DNA from: Minisyncoccota bacterium
GTDB taxonomy: Bacteria; Patescibacteriota; Minisyncoccia; Phycocordibacterales; Phycocordibacteraceae
Assembly: GCA_018062765.1 (NCBI GenBank)
Contig: JAGORR010000001.1
Span: forward strand, 78,638 to 142,637
Direction of reading: 5' to 3'
Length of the DNA: 64,000 nt
Under the pieces are notes generated by a model. The model did not search any database and was not told the origin of the DNA. It saw nothing but the letters and a program-made list of their open reading frames with translations. Of the stretch, positions 18,183 to 26,120 are shown in pieces. Numbering within the stretch: position 1 is the stretch's first letter; the number at the start of each line of letters is the position of its first letter. A program made the translations under genes and the position numbers.

Positions 18183-19901
18183 CTATTGGCGAGATGTTCC
18201 GGTAAACCGGGTCAGCACGGCGCTGAATGCTGCCTCGTCGCGGACAATAATGAGCGTTTCTGAGTCCCGATATCCGTAGAGCATGAGTGAGCGTCCTTCG
18301 GTGTCCCGGAGGATGCGAATGTCGTAGCTCTCGACTACTTCATCGGCGAAGCTGCCACTCCGAGGAGATGATGCGGAAACTTCCGGCGTCGTGGTGCCCT
18401 CCGTAAATGCTGTAGGGTAATCCGGATATAGGAGCGCAAGGTCCTGCGCCATAGTCGCCTCCCAAGCGAGCATGCCGGCGAACGATCGTTCGTAGGACGT
18501 TGCAGCGAGAACGAAGAATGGATGAGCTTCTCCATTTGTGCCAACTGAGCCGAGCGTGCTCTCAGGTCCTAGGTTGCGTCGCAAGAGGTCAGGAGCGCGC
18601 AGGCGCATCGCACCAAGGAACGTCGTACCGTTCTGCGGAACGTCGACCAGTCCGCCGGGTGTTGAGGTTGCGATTGTGTAGTAGATGACTCGGATGCTTC
18701 CGTTTGGAAGCGGTGCCTCTGCTGCGTCGCGGAAGAGACGGAACGCATCACCCGCTTCTTTCCTAACCGCAACCTCCTCATCGGCGGCGAGCAAGGATAC
18801 GATGTCAGGACCTGCGGGCGCTACCGGCTGGCGGCTCTCGAAATAGGTATAGGCGAGGTAAAGCGAGGTAGATCCGCCGACGATAAGGATTGTCGAAAGT
18901 ACGATGTATACGAGACTGTAGTCGTTCGGGCGTCGCCGAGGAGGAGGCGCCGAGCGTCTCTGGTCTGCGTCAGCCGCGATGACTGCGAACGCACTTGCCT
19001 GTTGTGTGTCAATTCGCTTCGCGAAGTCGCTGGTGTAGGTCTGGAGCGGTTCGGGACGGATGTCCTCGAGAGGTACGCCAGGCAGGTTTGGTGGAGGCGC
19101 AGCGCGCATCGGCTCAGGTGCTTTCGTCGCCTCTGGGCGCGGTGTGGGAAACACCGGCGGCGGTGCCTCTTGGTCGCGGGAGGCGACTCGCGCACGCAGC
19201 CTTGCAAGTACCGCTTCTCGCTCATCCTCAGCAGATGTAGGCACAGGCGCGAGAGGTGCAGGTGGCGGAGGCGGTGGTATGGGAAGTGGTGCAGGCGCAG
19301 GAGGAGGTGGTGGCGGAACGGGAAGCGGCGCGGGTGGCGGTGGTGCAGGAGGAGTCGCCTCGCGCACGATGGTCGAAGTAAGTATGCGTCCTTCCTCAGG
19401 TACCTGTTTGCGGGAACCAAAAAGCGACATCAAGATTCGGATAAAGAAGCCTGGTTCCTTCGGCATACGTGCAGGCTCCATGCGATTCGGTTCGGGAGCC
19501 CAGTTAGACGGTGCCGCAAGATCTGCGTCTATTGAATGGATGGCGCGCGGACGTTCCGGTGGGGATGCAGGAATGACCGGTGCCGGAGGTGTGTATGCGC
19601 GTATAGGTTCCGGGGTCGGAAGGACGACAGGTTCTGGAGGTGGCGCAGGTGGAGGTGGTACTGGGCGAGGTGCAGGAGGAGCGGGCGGTGGCGCAGATTC
19701 CACGCGTGCGGGTTTAGGTGCTTCTACGGGCGCGGATTCTCGAGGTGTCGGCGTCGAAGTTGCTTGCGGCTGTTTTCCGGAGAGTGCTGCAAGGTCTGAT
19801 GCGTACGTGCGCATAACGCGCAGTGGAGGTGCGCCTGCCGGTTCGGCGATAAGGCCGTCAGCGCCGAGCGTCATCATCTTTGGTTTCTGGTCATCCGCCA
19901 T
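18183..19901 (-). CDS. proline-rich single-pass membrane protein
   Basis: 572 aa. The N-terminal half is rich in PPPAP runs, there is a TM helix YSLVYIVLSTILIVGGSTSLYLAY near residue 330, and the C-terminal domain looks ordered. Confidence 0.6.
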   Translation of the reverse strand: MADDQKPKMMTLGADGLIAEPAGAPPLRVMRTYASDLAALSGKQPQATSTPTPRESAPVEAPKPARVESAPPPAPPAPRPVPPPPAPPPEPVVLPTPEPIRAYTPPAPVIPASPPERPRAIHSIDADLAAPSNWAPEPNRMEPARMPKEPGFFIRILMSLFGSRKQVPEEGRILTSTIVREATPPAPPPPAPLPVPPPPPPAPAPLPIPPPPPPAPLAPVPTSAEDEREAVLARLRARVASRDQEAPPPVFPTPRPEATKAPEPMRAAPPPNLPGVPLEDIRPEPLQTYTSDFAKRIDTQQASAFAVIAADADQRRSAPPPRRRPNDYSLVYIVLSTILIVGGSTSLYLAYTYFESRQPVAPAGPDIVSLLAADEEVAVRKEAGDAFRLFRDAAEAPLPNGSIRVIYYTIATSTPGGLVDVPQNGTTFLGAMRLRAPDLLRRNLGPESTLGSVGTNGEAHPFFVLAATSYERSFAGMLAWEATMAQDLALLYPDYPTAFTEGTTTPEVSASSPRSGSFADEVVESYDIRILRDTEGRSLMLYGYRDSETLIIVRDEAAFSAVLTRFTGTSRQ

Positions 19902-19954
19902 GGTGCAAGTTCAGGATTCATTTTACCCCACTGCACGCGTATTACTCATAAAAA

Positions 19955-19988
19955 CGAACACGCCGCCTCCACGGAGGCGGCGTGTTCG
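19955..19988 (-). terminator. intrinsic terminator after NYN gene
   Basis: CGAACACGCCGCCTCC-ac-GGAGGCGGCGTGTTCG, followed by a T-run on the minus strand. Confidence 0.65.
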
Positions 19989-20001
19989 ACATGCGCGGCT
20001 A

Positions 20002-20511
20002 TTAGCGCGCGCCGATGAGGAAGCGCTTCGGATCCTCGCACATGTCGGTAAACGCGTGCGCGGCTTCTTTCAGTTTCCCCGACGACGACTTCCCGAACGA
20101 GATCACCTCGGTCTGTACGCCGTTCATATCAAGGAATTCGATAAGTGGTACGAAGTCACCATCGCCAGTCGCGAGGATTATCGTATCGAGCTTGTCTGAG
20201 AGTTTCACCGCGTCTATTGCGATACCCACATCCCAGTCCGCCTTCTTCGCGCCATCGGAGAAGACCTGCAGGTCCTTGACCTTGGTCTCGATGCCGATTT
20301 TGGTGAGCGCGTCGAAGAAGTTTTTCTCGTCCCCTGCCTCGGTCGAGATGACGTATGCGATAGCGCGCACCAAGGTGCGGCCTCCCACGGCCTCTTCGAG
20401 GACCTTGGCGAAGTTGACTCGCGCTTTATAAAGGTTCTTCGCGCTGTGGTACAGGTTCTGCGTATCGATGAAAACGCCGACGCGCTGAGCCGTATGTTTA
20501 ATGACTGCCAT
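20002..20511 (-). CDS. NYN/LabA-like (DUF88) domain protein
   Basis: VGVFIDTQNLYHSAKN and ILATGDGDFVPLIEFL signatures; 169 aa. Confidence 0.75.
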   Translation of the reverse strand: MAVIKHTAQRVGVFIDTQNLYHSAKNLYKARVNFAKVLEEAVGGRTLVRAIAYVISTEAGDEKNFFDALTKIGIETKVKDLQVFSDGAKKADWDVGIAIDAVKLSDKLDTIILATGDGDFVPLIEFLDMNGVQTEVISFGKSSSGKLKEAAHAFTDMCEDPKRFLIGAR

Positions 20512-20546
20512 ATAAATAGCTATTAGCTTCTAGCTTTGAGCTTCCA
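20512..20546. repeat. 7-nt periodic tract abutting NYN start codon
   Basis: ATAAATA GCTATTA GCTTCTA GCTTTGA GCTTCCA. Confidence 0.7.
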
Positions 20547-20652
20547 GATATGAAAAAGGAAAACCCAAAAAGTTTGTAAATCGGGAACAGGCCGAGCGGC
20601 CTCCCTCTCCCATGCTACCACTGAAGCACAAAGCCCCGTTTGGGGCCTGTGA

Positions 20653-20919
20653 TTACTTCTTCAACCCGAGCTTTTTGACAATCGCGTTGTAGCGACGCTT
20701 GTCGTTTGCCTCAAGGTAGCGAAGATGCGAGCGACGATCAGCAACCATCTGAAGAAGTCCGCGACGCGAGTGTACGTCCTTATTGTTCTTCTTCAAGTGC
20801 TTCGTGAGGTCCTCGATACGACGCGTCAAAATAGCTACCTGTACGTCAGGTGAGCCTGTATCGCCTTCGTGCCGGGCGGCATTCTTCATGACTGCCGCCT
20901 TTTTCTTCGTAGTAAGCAT
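20653..20919 (-). CDS. rpsO: 30S ribosomal protein S15
   Basis: GDTGSPDVQVAILTRRIEDLTKHLKKNNKDVHSRRGLLQMVADRR. Start moved to ATG 20919. Confidence 0.9.
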   Translation of the reverse strand: MLTTKKKAAVMKNAARHEGDTGSPDVQVAILTRRIEDLTKHLKKNNKDVHSRRGLLQMVADRRSHLRYLEANDKRRYNAIVKKLGLKK

Positions 20920-21123
20920 GTGAACGTACCCTACCACATATTGACTATTCGCGCAAGGGTTATCTGGTGCGGAGTCGAGTCAAAACCGCGAACTGCTTTG
21001 TTGGGGAGGCCTCCCTGTTTTCTCCATCGTATGTATATACGACTACGAAAACCTCAGCTTCCCGCCGTGCATTTCATCGATGCTGAGCTCGCTCCGGTAA
21101 TTACAATATTTTCCGACGCTTGG

Positions 21124-21132
21124 TGGTACAAT
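21124..21132 (+). promoter_or_regulatory. extended -10 (TGgTACAAT) 7 nt upstream of recombinase ATG, possible leaderless mRNA
   Basis: TGGTACAAT at 21124-21132 and ATG at 21139. No good -35 and no SD. Confidence 0.35.
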
Positions 21133-21138
21133 TTTTTT

Positions 21139-22035
21139 ATGGACGCACAGACGATGAAGCGGCAATTCCTCGAATATATCGAAATCGAGCGCGGCCGTTC
21201 GGTGAAGACGGTTGAGAACTACGACCGCTACCTCACTCGGTACCTGACGCAGATGAAGGTAGGCCAGGTAGGAGAGATTACGGAGGAAAGTATTCGCGAG
21301 TTCCGTATGTGGCTTAACCGCCAGCCCGGGACCGGCAAGGATTCGATGAAACGCCGCACGCAGAACTACTACCTTATTGCGCTCCGCGCCTTCCTGAAGT
21401 TCCTCCGCAAGCGCGGGGTCGAAAGCTCTTCCCCGGAACGTATCGAGCTTGCAAAGCTCCCCGAACGTCATCTGGACCTCATTACCTCAGCCGAGCTCGA
21501 TAGGCTCATGAAGGCAGCCGATGGCGACTCGGAGCGCTCGCTTCGTGATAAGGCCATCCTCGAGATGCTTTTCTCTACGGGTCTTCGCGTTTCAGAGCTG
21601 TGCGCACTCGATTCCGACCTCGACCTTACCCGGGACGAGCTCTCCGTGCGCGGCAAGGGAGACAAGGTACGCGTGGTATTCCTCTCCGAAGCTGCTAAAG
21701 ACGCCGTGAAGGCGTATCTAAAGGCTCGCAAGGACATGGGCGAGGCGCTTTTCGTGAATATCGCGAAGGGTCGTGAGCGGGGCGAGCGTCTCACTCCCCG
21801 TTCTATAGAGCGCACTATGAAAACGTATGCCGCGAAGGCGGGCATCACCAAGAAGGTCACTCCCCACGTGCTCCGACACTCGTTCGCGACCGATTTACTC
21901 TCGAATGGCGCTGATATTCGTTCTGTGCAGCAGCTTTTGGGGCATGCCTCTATCAATACGACGCAGATCTATACCCACGTCACCGACTCTCATCTGCGTG
22001 AGGTCCACAAAAAGTTCCACGGGCGTACGCGCTAG
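21139..22035 (+). CDS. tyrosine recombinase, XerC/XerD family
   Basis: N-terminal SAM-like domain (FLEYIEIERGRSVKTVENYDRYL) and catalytic LRHSFATDLL ... TQIYTHV. Start at ATG 21139 rather than the tracked 20869. Confidence 0.85.
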   Translation: MDAQTMKRQFLEYIEIERGRSVKTVENYDRYLTRYLTQMKVGQVGEITEESIREFRMWLNRQPGTGKDSMKRRTQNYYLIALRAFLKFLRKRGVESSSPERIELAKLPERHLDLITSAELDRLMKAADGDSERSLRDKAILEMLFSTGLRVSELCALDSDLDLTRDELSVRGKGDKVRVVFLSEAAKDAVKAYLKARKDMGEALFVNIAKGRERGERLTPRSIERTMKTYAAKAGITKKVTPHVLRHSFATDLLSNGADIRSVQQLLGHASINTTQIYTHVTDSHLREVHKKFHGRTR

Positions 22036-22057
22036 CGGAGTGCGCTAGAATGCGCGC

Positions 22058-22852
22058 ATGCGCATCATGAGCTGGAACGTGAACGGCATCCGTGCCGTTC
22101 ATAAGAAAGGCGTCTTCCTCCCCTTCCTTAAAAAGTACAAGCCGGACATCCTCTGTCTCCAGGAGACTAAGGCGGAACAAGAGCAGTCCCCTCTTGACCT
22201 CCCTGACTATGAGGAGTATTGGAGCTCAGCAAAGAAGAAGGGCTACAGTGGAACGGCTATTTTCACCAAGGTTACCCCGGATGACGTAGTTTTTGGCATG
22301 CCGGAGGACATTGCTAAAAAGTGGGGGCTTGCGGGCGATAGCTACGGAGACCCAAACCAGGAGGGGCGTATCGTCGCCTGCGATATGCATGATTTCTGGG
22401 TGGTATCGGTCTACACTCCGAACGCTAAGGACGATCTCTCCCGTCTTCCGCTGCGTCATAAGCACTGGGACCCTGCGTTCCTCGAATATATGAAGCGACT
22501 TGAGGAGGATAAACCCGTCATATTCTGCGGGGACTTAAACGTTGCTCACACTCCGGAAGACCTCGCCCGTCCCAAGGAGAACGACGGTAAGAAAGGATTT
22601 ACTAATGAGGAGCGCGAAGGGATTGATAACATCATCTCCGCTGGCTTCTTCGACACCTTTCGTGCCTTCAAGCAGGGCGGCGGTTTCTATACATGGTGGA
22701 CCGCATGGGGCGGGGCGCGTGAGCGCAATGTGGGATGGCGTATCGACTACATTTTTGCCTCAAGTTCTTTTAAGAAGCATGTTAAAGGCGCCGACATACA
22801 TCCTGATGTCATGGGCTCCGATCACTGCCCCGCTTCCCTTACTCTGGGATAA
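22058..22852 (+). CDS. xth: exodeoxyribonuclease III
   Basis: MRIMSWNVNGIRA ... GSDHCP. Confidence 0.9.
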   Translation: MRIMSWNVNGIRAVHKKGVFLPFLKKYKPDILCLQETKAEQEQSPLDLPDYEEYWSSAKKKGYSGTAIFTKVTPDDVVFGMPEDIAKKWGLAGDSYGDPNQEGRIVACDMHDFWVVSVYTPNAKDDLSRLPLRHKHWDPAFLEYMKRLEEDKPVIFCGDLNVAHTPEDLARPKENDGKKGFTNEEREGIDNIISAGFFDTFRAFKQGGGFYTWWTAWGGARERNVGWRIDYIFASSSFKKHVKGADIHPDVMGSDHCPASLTLG

Positions 22853-22873
22853 AGGACAAATGTCCTTTATCCC
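22846..22873. repeat. perfect 13-bp-arm palindrome GGGATAAAGGACA-aa-TGTCCTTTATCCC overlapping xth stop
   Basis: Read directly. It is the fused form of the GGGATAA and AGGACA half-motifs that recur up to 28508. Confidence 0.85.
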
Positions 22874-22879
22874 CACTAA

Positions 22880-22920
22880 TGTCCTTTACACTAAGTAACT
22901 ACGCCGTAAGATAAAGGACA
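22880..22920. repeat. two further TAAAGGACA copies in divergent orientation
   Basis: TGTCCTTTA at 22880-22888 and GATAAAGGACA at 22910-22920. Confidence 0.8.
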
Positions 22921-23223
22921 GAGCGAGACGGCGCACCGAGATTTGGTAGGCGCATTTGACCCGGGCTTCGAGATTTCTGTACGCCGTCTGGCACTAACCC
23001 AGATGTTCTTTACGGCTCTTTCCAAAACCTAGTGAAGCGCGAAGTTAGCGAGATCGGCTACGAACTTCGGGGCGTATCCCCGCATACTAAAGAGGCCCGT
23101 TTCCCGTGAAAAGCGCTGTAGTCGTACCTTCGAGACGAAGTCCAAAAATAAAGACCGCCACAGAGAGGCGCATCTATTGGGGTCCTATCACATGCCCCCT
23201 GCTCCTTTCCGGGACCCCGCCAA

Positions 23224-23252
23224 ACCGCCTTACCTAAGGCGGTCTTTTATTT
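23224..23252. terminator. intrinsic terminator next to cca stop
   Basis: ACCGCCTTA-cc-TAAGGCGGT followed by CTTTTATTT. Confidence 0.55.
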
Positions 23253-23269
23253 CACGCGAAACAGCTCCC

Positions 23270-24733
23270 CTAGCAAACGTTGTGCTTCTCGAGGATGCGC
23301 CGTACTTCCAACTCCTCCTCAATCTCGCGACGTTTTTTGCCGGACTCCCCCATGTCCTTTAGCTCACTGTCCTTTAGAGCAAGTAATTCCCCTGCCCTAC
23401 TATCCATATACTCCTCCGTATTCTTCTCAGGATCGATAAGTACCTCCTCCAAGAGTGCATTTAAAGTCCACCCAATGCGCGGACCAGGTTCCACGTGAAA
23501 GCGGCTCATAAGACGTCTACCGTCAGTCTTAAGCATTGCTACGGATATCGGGTCGCGAAGCGCCTGTTCAACCATGGCCTTGTACTTACGGAAACGAAAA
23601 GGCTGCTCTTTAGGGCGGCCAGTACCTATGCGGTCACATATCCTAAGGTTCAACAGATCCCAAATATTCTCCTCCCCTACGTTCACAATCATCCGGCGGA
23701 CAGCGGACAGCGATATTTGGTCAGGGTCGGAGAAGAACATGTGCCAGCGTACTAGTTTCACAACTTTTGAGATAGTTTCCCGTGAAAACCGGAGGTCCTC
23801 TAGAGCTTTGCGTGTTACACGTGAACCAACTACCTCGTGTCCGTGGAAAGTCCAGTCCTGTTTCTCTTCGGACCAACGCCTAGTGTCTGGCTTAGCGATA
23901 TCGTGGAATAGGGCAGAAAGGCGTATATCGAAGCCCCATCCCTTGTCTGCGGCGTGCTGCATGCTTCGCATAAGATGCTCGAACACGTCGTAGCTGTGTG
24001 CCTGATTTTGCGCCACGCCGACGGACTGCGGCAAATCAGGAACTATATGTGGCAACAAACCGAGCTGCAGAGCCAAGGTGAATGCCATCATTGGCTGGTC
24101 AGACATGAGGATTCGGGTAAGTTCATCCCGAACCCTTTCACGTGAAATAGCCCCTAGATTGCTAGCTTTTTCGCTTATTGCAGCCGCAGTTTCGCCATCT
24201 AGGACAAATCCAAGCTCTGCGACGAGGCGTATAGCCCGCATAAGGCGCAGTCCGTCTTCCTCAAATCGGATGCTAGGTACTCCTACGGCCCGGAGAACCT
24301 TGGCTTTCAGGTCTACTTGTCCTTTATAGGGGTCTACGATGTGTCCTTTAGAGTCGTCCAGGGCTATGGCGTTCACGGTGAAGTCCCGGCGAGCGAGGTC
24401 ATCCTCGAGGCTCTCGCCGAATATGACTTCGTCCGGCCGGCGCTTATCGGAGTACCCGGTCTCGGTTCGATATGGGGTCACCTCGACAACTGCCGTTGTC
24501 TCGTCCTCAGACCCGGTCTTTACCCCGACTGTCCCGAACTCGTTTTCGTAAAAGGAGTCGGGGAAGACTCTTTGGATGTCTCCTGGCTTTGCGTTGGTGG
24601 TGACATCCCAATCCTTGGGCTTTCGATTGAGCAATAGATCACGTACACAGCCGCCCACCAGGTAGGCCTCGAAGCCTGCATTGCGCAAGTCCCCGGCGAC
24701 CTTCTCTACTACGTTTGGAATAGGGAAGTGCAT
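23270..24733 (-). CDS. cca: CCA-adding tRNA nucleotidyltransferase with HD domain
   Basis: GGCVRDLLLNRKPKDWDVTT head domain and FHDIAKP HD motif. Confidence 0.9.
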   Translation of the reverse strand: MHFPIPNVVEKVAGDLRNAGFEAYLVGGCVRDLLLNRKPKDWDVTTNAKPGDIQRVFPDSFYENEFGTVGVKTGSEDETTAVVEVTPYRTETGYSDKRRPDEVIFGESLEDDLARRDFTVNAIALDDSKGHIVDPYKGQVDLKAKVLRAVGVPSIRFEEDGLRLMRAIRLVAELGFVLDGETAAAISEKASNLGAISRERVRDELTRILMSDQPMMAFTLALQLGLLPHIVPDLPQSVGVAQNQAHSYDVFEHLMRSMQHAADKGWGFDIRLSALFHDIAKPDTRRWSEEKQDWTFHGHEVVGSRVTRKALEDLRFSRETISKVVKLVRWHMFFSDPDQISLSAVRRMIVNVGEENIWDLLNLRICDRIGTGRPKEQPFRFRKYKAMVEQALRDPISVAMLKTDGRRLMSRFHVEPGPRIGWTLNALLEEVLIDPEKNTEEYMDSRAGELLALKDSELKDMGESGKKRREIEEELEVRRILEKHNVC

Positions 24734-24799
24734 AACAATATTCTACGGCATGACCTAGCGCGCTTCCTAAATGAATTATATGATTGTGTGTATAGAACT

Positions 24800-25462
24800 A
24801 TGAAAGAGAAAGTTCAGCATAAGAAATACGCGACTGATTTGCGACTAGCAGGGAGCACCTATTCGGAGATACTCGCGCAAGTCCCTGTTTCGCGTGGCAC
24901 ATTATCAGCGTGGCTTAGTGATGTTCCTCTACCGGAGAACGTGGTAAAGCACCTCTCCGCCAATCGGCGAGCGAGGGTCAGTCAGGCAAGAAGAAGGGAA
25001 GCGACGGTCCGGAAAGCGGCAGCGATAGTTCGCCGCGGATTCGCTGAAAAAGGTGCAAAAAAGGAATTCGAAAGACACTCGAAGGAACCCTTTTTCCTGG
25101 CCGGTCTCGGTCTTTATCTTGGTGGCGGGACCTTTGGGAAGGCATCCTTCTCGTACATGTCCGGGGAGGAGCGCCAGATAGCGCTAATGGTCCGCTGGGC
25201 TAAGGAATACCTTGCCCACGAGAGTCGTATAGCGCTCCGACTCTATCTGCCGCCCTCCATGGACCTCGGATCTGCCCGTGTGCACTGGTCCAAGGCCACC
25301 GGGCTCCCTGCAGCAGCCTTCAAGAAGGCGGTGATGACGAAGGAAAGGGCCAGAAAACCTAGTAATTACGCGGGTATTGCCCGATTGGAGCTTACGGGTG
25401 GCAGGGCAGCGCTTCGTGTGCGCGTGTGGCTGGATATGCTTGTTGTGCGCTATGCGGAATAA
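24800..25462 (+). CDS. HTH protein with degenerate LAGLIDADG-like domain
   Basis: N-terminal YSEILAQVPVSRGTLSAWL (HTH), then FFLAGLGLYLGGGTFGK ... VHWSKATGLPAAAFKK. Resembles a homing-endonuclease-like family I recall from Actinobacteria/CPR. Start set at ATG 24800. Confidence 0.55.
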   Translation: MKEKVQHKKYATDLRLAGSTYSEILAQVPVSRGTLSAWLSDVPLPENVVKHLSANRRARVSQARRREATVRKAAAIVRRGFAEKGAKKEFERHSKEPFFLAGLGLYLGGGTFGKASFSYMSGEERQIALMVRWAKEYLAHESRIALRLYLPPSMDLGSARVHWSKATGLPAAAFKKAVMTKERARKPSNYAGIARLELTGGRAALRVRVWLDMLVVRYAE

Positions 25463-25481
25463 AGCTAGTGTTTACCTCAGG

Positions 25482-25553
25482 CTCCGATAGTGAAATGGAT
25501 ATCACATCAGTCTTCGGAACTGACGTTCCAGGTTCGAATCCTGGTCGGAGCAC
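25482..25553 (+). tRNA. tRNA-Arg (anticodon TCG), no encoded CCA
   Basis: Hand fold: acceptor GCTCCGA/TCGGAGC, D GTGA/TCAC, anticodon stem TCAGT/ACTGA with loop CTTCGGA, T arm CCAGG-TTCGAAT-CCTGG, discriminator A. Confidence 0.9.
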
Positions 25554-25555
25554 AG

Positions 25556-25747
25556 AAAGCAGCAAACCCGAGCTTACGCTTGGGTTTGCTGCTTTCTGGC
25601 TCAAGGCCAGGATTCGAAAGACGGAGTCGGTATACAAGCGAGCGAAGCGAGGCTTGAGACGATGAAAGCTGCCGGGGGTCGCTTTCATGGGTCGCGGAAA
25701 TCCCGCGTAGAGGGATTATCCGTGACCGAATCCTGGTCGGAGCACAC
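25556..25747 (+). other. tRNA-Arg-trailing unit: 15-bp hairpin plus 5'-truncated tRNA-Arg copy with 120-nt T-loop
   Basis: Hairpin GAAAGCAGCAAACCC/GGGTTTGCTGCTTTC (25556-25597). CCAGG-ATTCGAAAG at 25608. Exact 20-nt repeat of the tRNA 3' end (25536-25555) at 25728-25747. Confidence 0.8.
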
Positions 25748-25793
25748 TAAGAATTGAAGAAAAGGCATAGCTATGGGAATATAGAGCCCGTAG

Positions 25794-25864
25794 CGGCTAT
25801 GGTTTAGTGGTAGAACGCGTCCTTGCCAAGGACGAGTCGGGAGTTCGATTCTCCCTAGCCGCAC
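25794..25864 (+). tRNA. tRNA-Gly (anticodon GCC), no encoded CCA
   Basis: Acceptor GCGGCTA/TAGCCGC, anticodon stem CGTCC/GGACG with loop TTGCCAA, T arm GGGAG-TTCGATT-CTCCC. Confidence 0.9.
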
Positions 25865-25865
25865 T

Positions 25866-25990
25866 AAGAAAAGCGAAGCTTTGCGTGTACAGACGAGGGA
25901 GGATCGAAGGCCGGAGCGCGGCGGCGCGAGGCGAGGTCGCGGCCATTTTCAGAAGAAAATGAGCTGTGACCGATTCTCCCTAGCCGCACC
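25866..25990 (+). other. tRNA-Gly-trailing unit: 5'-truncated tRNA-Gly copy with 74-nt T-loop
   Basis: GACGA-GGGAG-GATCGAAGG at 25893. Exact 19-nt repeat of the tRNA 3' end (25847-25865) at 25972-25990, here followed by CCA. Confidence 0.8.
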
Positions 25991-25996
25991 AGAGCG

Positions 25997-26028
25997 AAAA
26001 GCGCCCGGAAGGGCGCTTTTCGTTTATA
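25997..26028 (+). terminator. intrinsic terminator of the tRNA transcription unit
   Basis: GAAAAGCGCCC-ggaa-GGGCGCTTTTC followed by GTTTAT. Confidence 0.7.
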
Positions 26029-26085
26029 GACAATAGGGGATAACTACCTACCTCTCCCTTGAACGCATAATTTCTAGGCCATTTC

Positions 26086-26114
26086 TTGGTGTTGACTTCA
26101 TGAAATGGTATAAT
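26086..26114 (+). promoter_or_regulatory. sigma70-type promoter with extended -10
   Basis: TTGGTG, 17-nt spacer, TGgTATAAT (26106-26114). Confidence 0.5.
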
Positions 26115-26120
26115 CCTAGA

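Noticed and set aside
19060-20199. 379-aa + ORF and several others (18821..19420 -, 19002..19535 +) over the proline-rich gene.
   Set aside because: These are Gly/Arg-rich mirror frames of CCN-rich DNA. One also runs through a terminator and into the NYN gene.
20869-21138. N-terminal extensions of tracked ORFs: xerC from 20869, ppa to 40796, virB4 to 4894, hup to 36345, rpsL from 60258, HIT to 53853, pilB from 43478, rsmA to 12344.
   Set aside because: The extensions overlap neighbouring genes, tRNAs or heptamer-repeat spacers. Conserved family N-termini begin at internal ATGs.
22921-23223. About 300 nt of ORF-free sequence between xth and cca, considered as RNase P RNA (ACGAAGTCC ... GCCACAGAGAG), tmRNA or 6S RNA.
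   Set aside because: CR-I-like and CR-III-like strings lie only ~15 nt apart. There is no CR-V/P4 partner, no T-arm and no tag ORF. It remains unexplained, and cmscan would settle it.
23353-23376. Two TAAAGGACA copies inside the cca coding region, considered as regulatory sites.
   Set aside because: They encode a repeated LKD(S/M) peptide near the cca C-terminus, so they may be coincidental. They are counted in the motif tally but not called as sites.
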